Assembly (NCBI GenBank): GCA_030390025.1
Contig: CM059436.1
Coordinates: forward strand, 13,516,001 to 13,580,000
DNA length: 64,000 nt
Source of the DNA: Squalus acanthias
Lineage: Eukaryota
Direction of reading: 5' to 3'
Shown: positions 12,301 to 24,500 of the stretch, piece by piece
How the letters are laid out: every line of letters starts with the position of its first letter
Position numbering within the stretch: position 1 is the first letter of the stretch
The notes under the pieces: model-generated
What the model saw: the letters and a program-made list of their open reading frames with translations, nothing else
Database searches by the model: none
What the model was told of the DNA's origin: nothing
Translations under genes and position numbers: made by a program

Positions 12301-13420
12301 TTTTGAGCGGGTACTGAAAATATTCAGTATTTGGTGATACCCAGACCTGAACCTATTCACCTCAGACAACCATATGTTCCTGTATTTCTGCGCCAGAGCC
12401 GAGGTCACGTCTGCCTGGGAGCTGCATGATTTATTTTTCTTGGACAGGAAGGCTTCTGTGCCTATTTCCTTAGTTTTCCCTTATCTTACGAGCAGTATAA
12501 GAAATATGAGCAGAGTCGTGAAAGTGATTCTGGTGACCCTTGATTGGCCTTGCAAGCCATGGTTCTTGGACTTTCTAGAAATGAGCAGGGACAGGATTTC
12601 ATTGCCTTCTCACACCTGTGGGCCGAATAGTGCACCTGAACATAGGGATGTGGTTGACTGCCTGGCTATTGAAAGGCAATTACTGCTAGCACAATCTACC
12701 TTTGGTGCTAGATACATGGTTAGTTTTCATCGGGTGTTCATTATGGCTATAAACACTAAATGGAAAGAGTTTGTGCAGTGGTGTTCTTTAAAACTGACTA
12801 GCCCTATTGATGTCCCTCACAATTAGTAGTACCTACAGCCTTTGTTTGGAGTCTATTTAAGTTCTATTGCAGCTGTTTCAGTCTTTCATGACCCATTTAT
12901 GTTTGGCTCATTAAGGGATCAACGATTAGTTTTATGCAAACTATTTGAAATTTTGCCCCGATAGGCTTTCATTTATTCCCAGTTGGGACCTTAATTTAGT
13001 TCTTCAGAAGTTAATGGATCTACAATTTGAGCCTTTGCAAATATGTGATTTTAAGTTTTTTTGCATGTAAAACTGTTTTCAGTTCACCAAAACGAATGTT
13101 GAGTTGGTGAACTGCAGACCTCTTGTTTATAAGCTGCATTTGATTTTGTATTCCGATGAGACCGCCTTAAAGACTCACCCAGAGATCTACCACAAACTGT
13201 TTCTCGGTTTTATTTGGGTCTAGAAATTCACATTTTCATTCAGTATCACACCAATTACAGTGGAGCGCCATTTTTAATACATGGATGCTTGTTACCTTAG
13301 AATCTTGTATGAAACAAGTTGGAAATCTAAATGGTTACATGTTTCCTATAGTTCTGACTCGAGACAACAGTAACTAAGCAGCAGATCTAAGTGAATGGTG
13401 GAGCATATAGAAACAGGGGT
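9400..13420 (+). mobile_element. Highly decayed DIRS1-like tyrosine-recombinase retrotransposon (interrupted by CR1)
   Basis: Ordered frameshifted motifs: RT IYFRYFIIPKK..LHPILDLGVLN (~10665-10740, cf. FYSRYFLVPKKDGGLRPILDLR); RNase H HFNHQELRMVRL and VWMDNTLLV (~12085-12190); PDLNLFTS (~12340); KVILVTLDWPCKPWFLDFLEMS (~12520-12585); KWKEFVQWC (~12760); YR PSWDLNLVLQKL..FEPL (12978-13037). The 5' boundary is uncertain. Confidence 0.8.
10762..11503 (+). mobile_element. 5'-truncated CR1 inserted in the DIRS RT region
   Basis: GLYSLEFRRMRGDLFETCKIL...NFFTQG and a CR1 3' UTR ending ctcctatttcttatgt. Confidence 0.9.
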
Positions 13421-13514
13421 TGACCATTCAGCCAGCAAGCAAGCCTGCTTCACTATTTAGTTTGCCATGGCAGATCTTTATAATCTCAATTCTCTTACTT
13501 TACTTTTGTGTCAT

Positions 13515-14550
13515 TTTGGCTCGGTGGCAGCACTCTTGCCTCTAAGACAGAAGGTTTGGGGTTTAAGTCCCAATCCAGGATTTGAATGCTGAATCTAGGC
13601 CAATGCTTCAATGCATTACTGTGTTGCATTGTCAGAGGTGCCATGTTTTGAATGAGATGTTCTTTAAAATCAGCTAGCCCTATTGCGCGATGTCTCTCTC
13701 AATCATGAGTACCTACAGCCTTTGTTTGAAGTCTATTTAAGTTCTATTGCTGCGGTTTCAGTCTTTCATGACCCATTTCCTCTTCAACTGCCTAATCTCT
13801 AGACTCGACTACTCCAATGCGTTTCGTTCTAGCCTCCCACCTTGCATCCTCCATAAACTCATCCAAAACTTTGCTGGTATCTTAACTCGCACCAAGTCCC
13901 CTTCACCCATCACCCCTGTGCTCGCTGACCTACATTGACTCCTGGTCTGGCAACGCCTTGATTTTAAAATACTGATCCTTGTTTTCAAATCCCTCCATTC
14001 TTCTCCCTGTCTCTGTAACCTCCTCAAGCCCTACAACCTTCCAAGATCCTCCAATTCTGGCCTCTTGCACATCCCTGATTTTAATCGCTCCACCATAGGC
14101 AACTGTGCCGTCAGCTACCTAGGCCCTAAGCTTTGGAATTCCCTCCTTAAACCCCTCCACTTCTTGACCTCGCTTTCCTCCTTTTAAGATGCTCCTTAAA
14201 ACCTACCTCTTTGACCAAGCTTTTGGTAGCCTGTCTTAATATCTCCTTATGTGGCTCGGTGTCAAATTTTGTTTGACAACACTCCTTGGGATGTTTTACC
14301 ACGTTAAAGATGCTATATAAATACAAGTTATAAATGCATGTTGTTGTAAAATATCCCATGGTACAACTTGAAAAGTAGGGATTTCTGTTGTCCTGGCCAG
14401 TCCCTTTCCCTTAACCAACACCTAAAAGATTAACTGATTGTTTATCTCATTGCTTTGTGTGACCTTGCTGTGTGCAAGTTGGCAGCCAAATTGACCTACA
14501 TAACAGTGACTATGCTTCAATGTAGTTCATTGGCTGTGAAGTGCTTGTTC
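13515..14550 (+). mobile_element. Deu-domain SINE split by an L2 3' fragment (L2 about 13780-14345)
   Basis: SINE head ggctcggtggcagcactcttgcctct at 13518; the body resumes at ~14345 (gtaaaatatcccatgg...gtcctggcc). The insert encodes L2-type ISRLDYSNA...SPITPVLADLH and ends gctatataaatacaagtt. Confidence 0.8.
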
Positions 14551-15719
14551 ATTCTTTTCCCTAATATGATGACTTCACAGAGTATAGTGTTCACCCACAT
14601 AAACTGGTTTTGTCGAGATTCAATTCTCTTACTGTATACCTAACTGCTGATGTCATTGGCAAGGGATCATGTTTCTGTACACACGTGCAGGCAGTAAATA
14701 GGTCAGAAGAACAAGGGAAAATGCAGCCGCACAGCTAACGAGATTTATTTATGGAATTGTGACCTAATTTTTGATATTTACAGAGAAAGCTGTAATGTTT
14801 GAAAATCCGTTTTAAACAAGTTTTTGAAGGAAATGCAAGTGTATGACTTAAAATATATTAAAAGGCCAACAGAACTTCAGCTTTCCACCACCTAGAACGT
14901 TTGCTGTGCTTTTAATAAAACTTTAATGGCAACCACTTGATGTGCTGAAATACTTATCTGTGTAAGGAAGTCATGAACTGTGCAAATTTATCTATTATAT
15001 AATTAATTTGGTACACTGGCTCTTGTTTCAATGAAAACTCATTATATGTACTTACAGTACCAGTTACTCCTGCAGGTGGTGCTTTGATGGTCCCATTCAT
15101 TGTTACTGTGACATAAAATAGCTGCCATTTTAGCCTTGCAGTATACTAGTCAGGCTACCCTGGTGTTGAAAATGTAGCTTTCAAATGAAGCAGGTTTGCT
15201 CTCGAGCATATCCTCGCGCTCCGCCCTCTGACTCCCCACCACCACACTCTGCCCTCTGCCTATCCCCCCCACACTTGTGCTCGGCCTCCTCCCCCACCCT
15301 CTCGCTCCGCCTGCGGCCTTCTCCTCCTGCGTTCCGCATGCAGCCTTCTCTCTATCGCCTCTCTTTTCCTCCTTCTCTCCCCCCCCCCCCCCCCCCCCCC
15401 CCCATGCTCCGCCCATGGCCTTCTCTGCCCGAGGCCTTCTCTCCCTCCCTCCCCCACCCCCCCACCACTACATCGCAGGCCCTCCCCCCGCGTGCTCCCC
15501 ACCCTCACGCTCCACAATAAAGGTTTATAATCAAAAATGCTTTGTAAGGTCTGATATATTGTGATGTGATAATGTTGACATTGCATGCATGGTTCATCAG
15601 TGGTATAATATCATTTTTAGTTGTCAGAACAGCAGCAGTGACACTATTTTCCATGCAAGTAACCTTGTTAAAAACATGTGACTTAATGGTACATCCAACG
15701 TCAGTAGTTTGATATTTAT

Positions 15720-17435
15720 GCTGAATCATAGAATGGTTACAGCACAGAAGGAGGCCATTTGGCCCATCAAGCCCATGCTGGCTCTTTGCAAGAGCACTTC
15801 AGCTAGTCCCACTGCCCTGCCCTTTCCCCGTAGCCCTACAAATTTTTATCCTTCAGGTACTTATCCAATTCCCTTTTGAAAGCCACGATTGAATCTGCCT
15901 CCACCGCCCTTTCAGGCAGTGCATTCCAGATCATAACCACTCGCTGCATAAAATAGTTTTTCCTCATGTCGCCTTTGGTTCTTCTGCCAATCTTAAATCT
16001 GTGTCCTCTGGTTCTCGACCCTTCTGCCAATGGGAACAGTTTCTCTCTATCTACTCTGTCCAGACCCCTCATGATTTTGAACACCTCTATCAAATCTCCT
16101 CTCAGCTTTCTCTGCTCTAAGGAGAACAACCCCAGCTTCTCCAGTCTATCCACGTAACTGAGGTCCCTCATCCCTGGGAGTATTTTTCTAAATGTTTTCT
16201 GCACCCTCTCTAAGGCCTTCACATCCTTCCTAAAGTGCGGTGCCCAGAATTGGACACAATACTCCAGTTGAGGCCGAACCAGTGTTTTATAAAGGTTCAT
16301 CATAACTTCCTTGCTTTTGTACTCTATGCCTCTATTTATGAAGCCCAGGATCCCGTATGCTTTTTTAAAACCGCTTTCTCAACCTACTCTGCCACCTTCA
16401 ACTATTTGTGCACATATACCCCCAGGTCTCTCTGTTCATGCACCCCCTTTGGAATTGTACCCTTTAGTTTATGTTGCCTCTCCTCGTTCTTCCTACCAAA
16501 ATGTATCACTTCGCACTTTTCTGCATTAAATTTCATCTGCCACGTGTCTGCCCATTCCACCAGCCTGTCTGTCTGTCTTGAAGTCTATCAATATCCTCCT
16601 CACTGTTTACTATACTTCCAAGTTTTGTGTCCTCTGCAAATTTTGAAATTGTGCCCTGTACACCCAAGTCATTAATAAATATATATTATATATATATTAC
16701 ATATTACACACCCCTGGGGAACCCCACTGTGTATCTTCCTCCAGTCCGAAAAACAACCGTTCACCACTACTGTTTCCTGTCACTGAGCCAATTTTGTATC
16801 CATGCTGCCACTGTCCCTTTTTATTTTGTGGGCTTCAACTTTGCTGGCACTTTATCAAACTCCTTTTGGAAGTCCATGTACACCACATGAACCACATTGC
16901 CCTCATCAACAAAAACTCAATCAAGTTAGTTAAACACGATTTGCCTTTGACAAATCCGTGCTGGATTTCCTTAATTAATCCACACTTGTCCAAGTGACTG
17001 TTAATTTTGTCCCGGATTATCATTTCTAAAAGCTTTCCCCTACTACCGAGGTTAAACCGACTGGCCTGTAGTTGCTGGGTTTATCCTTGCATCCTTTTTT
17101 GAACAAGGGTGTAACATTTTCAATTCTGTAGTCCTCAATTTCCACCTTTACTTCCCTCAGCATCCTAGGATGCATCCCATCCGGTCCCGGTGACTTATCT
17201 ACTTTAAGTACAGCCAGTCTTTCTAGTACTTCCTCTTTACCAAGGAAGAAGATGCTGCCAAAGTCATAGTGAAAGAGGACGTAGTTGAGATACTGGATGG
17301 GATAAAAATTGATAAAGACAGCTGCAAAGTACTCACTTAGTACCTCAGCCTCCATGCGTAGGTCTCCATTTTATTCCCTAATCTGCCCCACCCCTTCTCT
17401 TACAACCAGTTTCCTATTTATATGTCTATAGAAGA
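15720..17435 (-). mobile_element. 5'-truncated CR1 LINE (family B)
   Basis: LYKTLVRPQLEYCVQFWAPHFRKD..., QHGFVKGKSCLTNLIEF and KSPGPDGMHPRMLRE on the minus strand; contains deletions and a micro-inversion. Confidence 0.93.
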
Positions 17436-17839
17436 CTGCTCAAGAACTCAACCAACATGACAGCCTAGACTTACTTTATATTGAGCATTCAAAAAGTTAA
17501 AAAAACCTAGTTGTCATATACTGTAGTATTTTACATTATCAGCCTTTAATGATTTGGAAGTGACTGATGGTATGAATGATAAAGGTTTCAATGCTCCAAT
17601 ACAAATACACATTGGTGTTATGCTGAGAAAATGTTAATTTCCAGTTAGTGTAATCTGTATTCTTCCCATTTGACTGTGCAATTGGCACATTTAAAAAAAA
17701 AACCATGGTTTATGCAGGGCTGAATTTTCTTTGCATTTTGATGCATTATAATGTAATACGTGATTCCCTAAAAGCAATTTTAAATGCACTTTTCAAGTTG
17801 TGTATCCATACCTATATAGACAAATGTTATGTCCATGTA

Positions 17840-18890
17840 GCATTTGCCACCACCTTCAGCCAGAAGTGTTGAGTGGATGATCCTTTTCTGCCTCCTCCTG
17901 AGGTCCCCAGCATCAGAGAGGCCAGTCTTCAGCCAATTTGATTCACTCCACGTGATATCAAGAAATGGCTGAGCGCATTGGATACAGCAAAAGCTATAGC
18001 CTCCGATAACATCCCGGCTGTATTACTCCAGAACTAGCCAAGCTATTCCAGTACAGCTACAACACTGGCATCTACCTGACAAAGTGGAAAATTCCCCAGG
18101 TAAGTCCTGTCACAAAAAGCAGGATAGATCCAATCCGGGCAATTACCACCCCATCAGTCAACTCTCAATTATCAGCAAAGTGATGGAAGGTGTCATCGAC
18201 AGTGCGATCAAGCGCCACTTACTCGCAACCTCCTCACCGATGCCCAGTTTGGTTTCCGCCAGGACCACTCGGCTTCAGACCGCATTACAGCCATGGTCCT
18301 ACATGGACAAAAGTGTTAAATTCCAGAGGTGAGGTGAGAGTGACTGCCCTTGATATCAAGGCAGCATTTGACTGAGTGTGGCAACAAGGAGCCCCAGTAA
18401 AATTGAAGTCAATGGGAATCTGGGGGAAAACTCTCTACTGGCTGGAGTCATACCTAGCACAAAGGAAGATGGTTGTGGTTGTTGGAGGCCAATCAGCTCA
18501 GCACCAGGACATTGCTACAGGAATTCCTCAAGGCAGTGTCCTAGGCCCAACCACCTTCGGCTGCTTCATCAATGACCTTCCTTCCATCATAGGGTCAGAA
18601 GTGGAGATGTTTGCTGATTGCACCGTGTTCAGTTCCATTCTTAACTCCTCAGCTAATGAAGCAGTCCATGTCCGCATGCAGCAAGACCGGGACAACTTTC
18701 AGGCTTGGGCTGATAAGTGGCAAGTCTCCAAGAAGAGAAAGTCTAACCACCTCCCCATGACATTCAATGACATTACCATCGTCAAATCCCCCACCATCAA
18801 CATCCCGGGGGGTCAGCATTGACTAGAAACTTAACTGCACCAGCCACACACATACTGTGGCTACAAGAACAGGTCAGAGGCTGGGCACAT
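17840..18890 (+). mobile_element. LINE family C ORF2 fragment
   Basis: DRSNPGNYHPISQLSIISKVME, VTALDIKAAFD and [10 protein letters not shown]...MFAD motifs; frameshifted. Confidence 0.88.
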
Positions 18891-19009
18891 GTCAGGAGCA
18901 ATGTTGGCTCTAAAATTTCGTTGTTGTGAGCGGCCGGTTTATTCAACGCGCAGGACCTTTTACATTTTTTATGTGGCCGCGCACGTGCGGTACTTGAAAA
19001 CTTGTGAGC

Positions 19010-19113
19010 TGTCTGCGCGGTTCAAGGTGGCGGCTTACTACCACCATCTTGAGGGCAATTAGGGATGGGCAATAAATGCTAGCCTTGCCAGCAATGCCCA
19101 CATCCCGTGAATG
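19010..19113 (+). mobile_element. LINE family C 3' tail
   Basis: gggcaattagggatgggcaataaatgctagccttgccagcaatgcccacatcccgtgaatgaa. Confidence 0.8.
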
Positions 19114-19114
19114 A

Positions 19115-19852
19115 AAGTGTTGTCCAATACATTGGCCACATGTGGCTAATTGGGAATCCAGATGTGGAGAATTACATTTGATTAAATAAAAATGAGTAAT
19201 AGACACCGTCGTTGGGCATGTGATCGCAATACTCACATTCACATGGCATATGGCTATGTACTTCAATTTTTTTTATTGGTAAAATGTTAAAATGAAAAGC
19301 AGAACGTGCAAATGTTTTTTGATCGTTGTGTATGCTCTACTTCCTTGGTTACTGCTTACTGGTTATCTGAGTAACACTGGTGAAAATGCCAGATTTCAGC
19401 ACCATATAAACACCAACAATATTGTGTGAAGAGAGTAGCTGTTCTACTTTTCAGCTCAACCAATAACCGCTGCAGGCCAGCAGAAGAAAGCAATAACGAG
19501 CAGTTCCAGCAAGGCATGTCATGGCTAAGGGCAAGCAACATCTAACCTTGTTCTGGATGGAGAGCTTTGGTGGGTCTGGTGTGTCTTGTTGTACGAGTCA
19601 ACATTCTTCGCAATCACGCTGATAAAGCCAGACTACTGCAGAAACTGCACTAAGATGTGCTGTTCCTGATAAATTCCATTCCAAGCTTTAGTGAAAGAGA
19701 CTGCAAAATGTTGCACTAAATGGTGGTAGATGTCAAGTAAATATACACGTGAAGTACAATTACCTGTATTGAGTAAGGCATTTTCTACTAAAATTAGTGC
19801 ATGTGACTAAAATGGTGTCCCCATAGCCAGCGATTTCGATTGGACAACATTG
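19115..19852 (+). mobile_element. Second, uninterrupted copy of the hAT/Charlie-like element
   Basis: Termini aagtgttgtccaata / gattggacaacattg. Colinear similarity to 6377-6534 plus 7300-7922 (e.g. ctgcactaagatgtgctgt, taaatggtggtagatg). Confidence 0.75.
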
Positions 19853-20433
19853 ATGTAGAACGTGCAGGTTTTGAACTAGACTGCTTTCTAACTTAATTTA
19901 TAAATGCAAACTGGTATAACTCAGTACTAGACTCTTCATTATTTTCCTCCAATTTTATCCTCTCTCCAATATAGCAATTTTTACTGTTCATGTAGTTCTG
20001 TCTTCACCTGCCATGCACTTTTCAGTAGTGCCACTGAATTGTGATTGAGTGGGACCTGGCTATTCGAGTCCAAGCCAATTGTGAGGCTTCCACTGGCGGA
20101 GATCGGCTAACTTAGGACGTATCGGAAATCGAGCCGCCTTCAGTACCACAGCATTTATCTACTGAGACTGTAAGGAGTCTCGAAGTTACCTCTTTATAGC
20201 ATTTTGAATATGTGCTATAAAAGTTTACTTTGTTGAGACCTCTGTCAATTTTTAGTAATAAAGTCCAGCTTTGAATGGCTGTGGTTCTCTTCCTTTTAAT
20301 AACATTTTCATTTTGGAGAAAGGCTATATCTTTTTGTAAATTTTATTTATGGAATGGGAAATAGGACATAATCTATTTGAGTTACTTGATTCCGAAAAGT
20401 TGCTTAGTATCTTTAACTTTTTTTTTCTGGTAG

Positions 20434-20559
20434 GGGAATATATCAAAAACTGGAGACCAAGGTACTTTCTATTGAAGACAGATGGATCCTTCATAGGATA
20501 TAAGGAGAAGCCTCAAGATGCAGATCTACCATACCCTTTAAATAACTTCTCAGTGGCAA
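20434..20559 (+). CDS. AKT3: AKT3 (RAC-gamma Ser/Thr kinase) internal coding exon, PH domain
   Basis: Encodes (G)[41 protein letters not shown](K). KNWRPR, KTDGSF and LPYPLNNF are diagnostic for AKT3 rather than AKT1/2. Acceptor ttttttctggtag at 20433, donor gtaagt at 20560, length 126 nt, phase 1-1. I did not find the neighbouring exons in this window. Confidence 0.96.
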
Positions 20560-21299
20560 GTAAGTCTTTGCACAATCGTATTTAGTTTTCCAGATGTGTG
20601 TGTAATACCTCAATGTGATTTTTTTTTAAAAAAACAATCAAATGCACTGAGTTCTTGTGTTTTAACAAATTCCTTAATTTGTATTAAATTAATAGGTTTG
20701 TTTTATTCAAATTTCTGAAGGTGCTTTTACTGGACAGAGCATTCCACTATTGTCCTTCATGCACTGACATACATTAAAGGGGAAGGAAAGTCTAGCGGGA
20801 GAATATTTTTGTTCAAAGGACTCCTTTTTATAGAAGAAATGTGTGGTGTTATCTTCATTTGGCAATGATGGTTTCTTAAAAAAATTGTAAGTGAGGCTAC
20901 CATTTTTCTTTACAGTAATATGAACAAAAATTACTATTCCCCCTAGACATTTCTTTCCCTTTAGCCATATACATAGGTTGCTGCAGATCACCCCCGGCCC
21001 CTGTTCCAATGCCACAACATCCTTTACTTTTAGCATATCTCCATCCCAGTCCTCACCAAACTCCTGTCATGTGAAACTCACTTTATGCTCACTTGATCTC
21101 CTTTGACTCTGCTCATAGCTACTCATCTATCTTTTATTGGCCCAGTGCTCCCTTCCTTCAGGTACTGTTTCCTTCCAACCCCGTTCCACCTTTCAAAACT
21201 GTTGTGGAGCAGGCTCGAAGGGCTGTATGGCCTACTCCTGCTCCTATTTCTTATGTTTTTATGTAATCACCTATGCTTTTTTTAATATATATATATATA

Positions 21300-24200
21300 T
21301 TTATAAAGAGGTTTCCCTTGCCCCCTCTGTGCTCTTCAATTACCACCCCATCTTCAACTTCACCTTTCTGTCCAAGGTACTGAAACATGTCACCACTAAG
21401 CATCTCCGTATCCACTACTCCCTGTTTGAATCCCTCCTTTTGTCTTCCTGCTCAATCAAGTCACTAATAATATTCTGTGTGACTGACTATTTTGCTGTTA
21501 ACTCTCTTTAATCTCTCTGGAATTTGATGAGGATAACTACACCATCTTCCTCCAGAGTGACTCCCCCTTGATCCTTCATGGTACACTCCTCACATGGTTC
21601 CTTTCTTCGCTACCTTGCTGTAGCCACCACATATCCTGTAGTGCCTTCTCCTCCAATGCGCATTCGGTCACCTCTGATGTGCTCCAGGATTCTCTCCTTG
21701 TGCCAGTCATATTTCTGATCTGCATATTGCCACTTGCCAACTTAATTGGGAAGCATGGGGTGAAAATTTGTGCGTTTGTCAATTATACTCTGCTTCACCT
21801 TGCTTCCATTATCCTGGATACCACAGTTGCTTTATTTTATTCATTCACTGGATGTGGGGTCACTGGCAAGGTCAGCATTTATTGCCCATCCCTAATTGCC
21901 ATTGAGAAGGTGGTGAGCTGCATTAGTGAACCGCTGAAGTCTGTGGTGAAGGTGCTCCCACAATGCTGGTAGGTAGAGAGTTCTAGTATTTTGACCCAGT
22001 GATGATGAAGGAACGGCAATATATTTCCAAGTCAGGATGGTGTGTGACTTGGAGGAGAACTTGGAGGTGCTGGTGTTCCCATGCACCTGCTGCCTATGTC
22101 CTTCTAGGTGGTAGAAATCACAGGTTTGGGAGGTGCTGTTGAAGACTTGGCGAGTTGCTGCAGTGCATCTTGTAGATGGTACATGGTGCAGCCATGTTGC
22201 GCTCGTTGTGGAGGGAGTGAATGTTTAAGGTGGTGCATGGGGTGCCTGTTGAGAGGGCTGCTTTGCCCTGAACTTTGAGTTGTAGGAGCTGCACGCAACG
22301 AGGCAAGTGGAGAGTATGCCATTACACTCCTGACTTGTGCCTTTATGGTGGAAATGCTTTGGAGAATCAGGAGGTGAGTCACTTGCTACAGCTTCTGTCC
22401 TGCTCTTGTAGCCACAGTATTTATGTGGCTGGTCCAGTTAGGTTTCTGGTCAATAGTGACCCCCAGGATGTTGATGGTGGGGGATTCAATGATGGTAATG
22501 CCATTGAATGTCAGGGGGAGGTGGTTAGACTCTCCATCTTGTTGGAGATCATTGCCTGGCATTTGTGTGGCATGCATGTTACTTGCCACTTGTCAGTCCA
22601 AGCCTGGATGTTGTGCAACTCTTGCTGCACACAGGCATGCATTCCTTCATTATCTGAGGAATTGCGAAACACCATGCAATCATCATTTAACATCCCCACT
22701 TCTGACCTTATGATGGAGGGAAAGGTCATTGATGAAGTAGCTGAAGATGGTTGGGCCTAGGACACTACCCTGAGTGACTCATGCAGCAATGTCCTGGTGC
22801 TGAGCTGATTGGCCTCCTGACCTCCAACAACCACAAGCATCTTCCTTTGTACTAGGTATGACTCCAGCAGTGGAGAGTTTTCCCCCGATCCCCATTGACA
22901 TCAATTTTTCTCGGGCTCCTTGGTGCCACACTCTGTCAAATGCTGCCTTGGATGTCAAGGGCAGTCACTCTTGCCTTGCCTGGAATTCAGCTCTTTTGTC
23001 CATGTTTGGACCAAGGCTGTAATGAGGTCTGGAGCTGAGTGGTCCTGGCGGAACCCAGCTGAGCATTGGCGAGCAGGTTATTGGTCAGTAACTGCCACTT
23101 GATAGCACTGTCAACAACACATTACATCACCTTGCTGCCATCGTTGAGGATGGAGATGTTCATGGAGCCTCCTCCTCCCGTTAATTGTTTTTGTCCACCA
23201 CCATTCACGACTAGATGCAGGCTTAAAGCTTTCATCTGATCCGTTGGTCGTGCGATTGCTTAGCTCTGTCTAAAGCATGCTGTTTAGCATGCATGTAGTT
23301 GTGTCTTGTAGCTTCACCAGGTTGGCACTTCATTTTCAGGTACGCCTGGTGCTGCTCCTGGCATGCTCTTCTACACTCCTCATTGAACCAGGGTTGGTTG
23401 CCTGGTTTGATGGTAATGGTAAAGTGAGGGATATGCTGGACCATGAGGTCACAGATTGTGGTGGAATACAGTTCTGCTGCAGCTGCTAGCCCACAGTGCC
23501 TCATTGATGCACAGTTTTGAGTTGCTAGATCTGTTCTGGAACTATCCCATTTAGCATGGTGGTAGTGCCACACAACACGATAGAGCGTGTGCTCAGTGTG
23601 AAGATGGGACTTCGTCTCCACAAGGACTGTGGGATGGTCAATCCTACCAATGCCGTCATGGACAGATGCATCTGCGGCAGATAGATTGGTGAGGATAAGG
23701 TCAAGTAGGTTTTCCCCTTGTGTTGGTTCTCTCTCACCACCTGTCGCAAGCCAAGTCTGGCAGCTATGTCCTTCAGGACTCGGCCAGCTTGATCAGTAGT
23801 GGTGCTACCGAGCCACTCTTGGTGATGACCATTGAAGTCCCCCACCCAGAGTGCATTCTGTGCCCTTGCTACCCTCACTGCTTCTTCCAAGTGGTGTTCA
23901 ACATGTTGCGGTGCTGTCCGACTGTCTGTCTTACTTCATCATGTATGAGTTCAAACTTTCTGCAGCTCAGTGTTAGAAAAACCAAAGCCATCCTATTTAT
24001 ACCCACCAGAAACTACACTTTAGCTCCTCATACCATTCACTTCACTTTCTAGTTTCCTGCTCAGGCTCAATCTGGCAGTGCATAACCTTGGTGTCTGGCT
24101 CATTTCTGAGCTGTACATTAAACCTCACATCCAGTTCACCAATGAGACTTTAAACTTTTCACTTCCATCTCTATTCCCTTCCTTATCCCAGTGCTACAGG

Positions 24201-24500
24201 ATAAGTAGTTTTAAGTCTTTGTCACTTCTAGACTTGATATTTCCAGTGCCCTCCTTGACCTCCCAAGCTCCACCCTCCAGAAACAACATCCAGAATTCTG
24301 TTGCCCACATCCCTTCCTACATAAAGGACTGCTCTTTACTGACTTCAATTGGCTTTTCACCCATCAGCACATCAACTTCCCACCTTTTAAAAGCTTCCTT
24401 AAACCTACCTGTTTGGCCATGTTACCTAATTTTGCCTCCTACACCTGCTTGGATCAGACCTGAATCTCAGAAGCATGTTGAGCTGTTTTGTTACTATATA
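21300..24500 (+). mobile_element. Old L2 LINE remnant split by a family C LINE
   Basis: NYHPIFNFTFLSKVL and LTWFLSSL...SVTSDVLQDSLL before ~21835; continues after ~23905 (SSNFLQLSVRKTKA, HNLGVWLISEL). Confidence 0.65.
21835..23905 (-). mobile_element. LINE family C, internally deleted (endonuclease to 3' tail)
   Basis: Minus strand: APE motif WVGDFNGHHQEWLGS, QPWFNEEC, RT remnants, ILGVTIDQKPNWTSHI and the family tail at 21840-21915. Confidence 0.88.

Noticed and set aside
15150-15586. Pro- or Gly-rich ORFs
   Set aside because: By-products of C-rich low-complexity sequence; no splice or homology support.
18890-19015. CpG-rich piece starting caatgttggctctaa as the left TIR of the 19115 hAT element
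   Set aside because: A better TIR exists at 19115 and the flanks give no TSD; probably a fragment of a separate MITE, unclassifiable by eye.
20349-20585. 78-aa ORF as a standalone gene
   Set aside because: Only 20434-20559 is AKT3-like and bounded by splice sites; the flanking residues are intron read-through.
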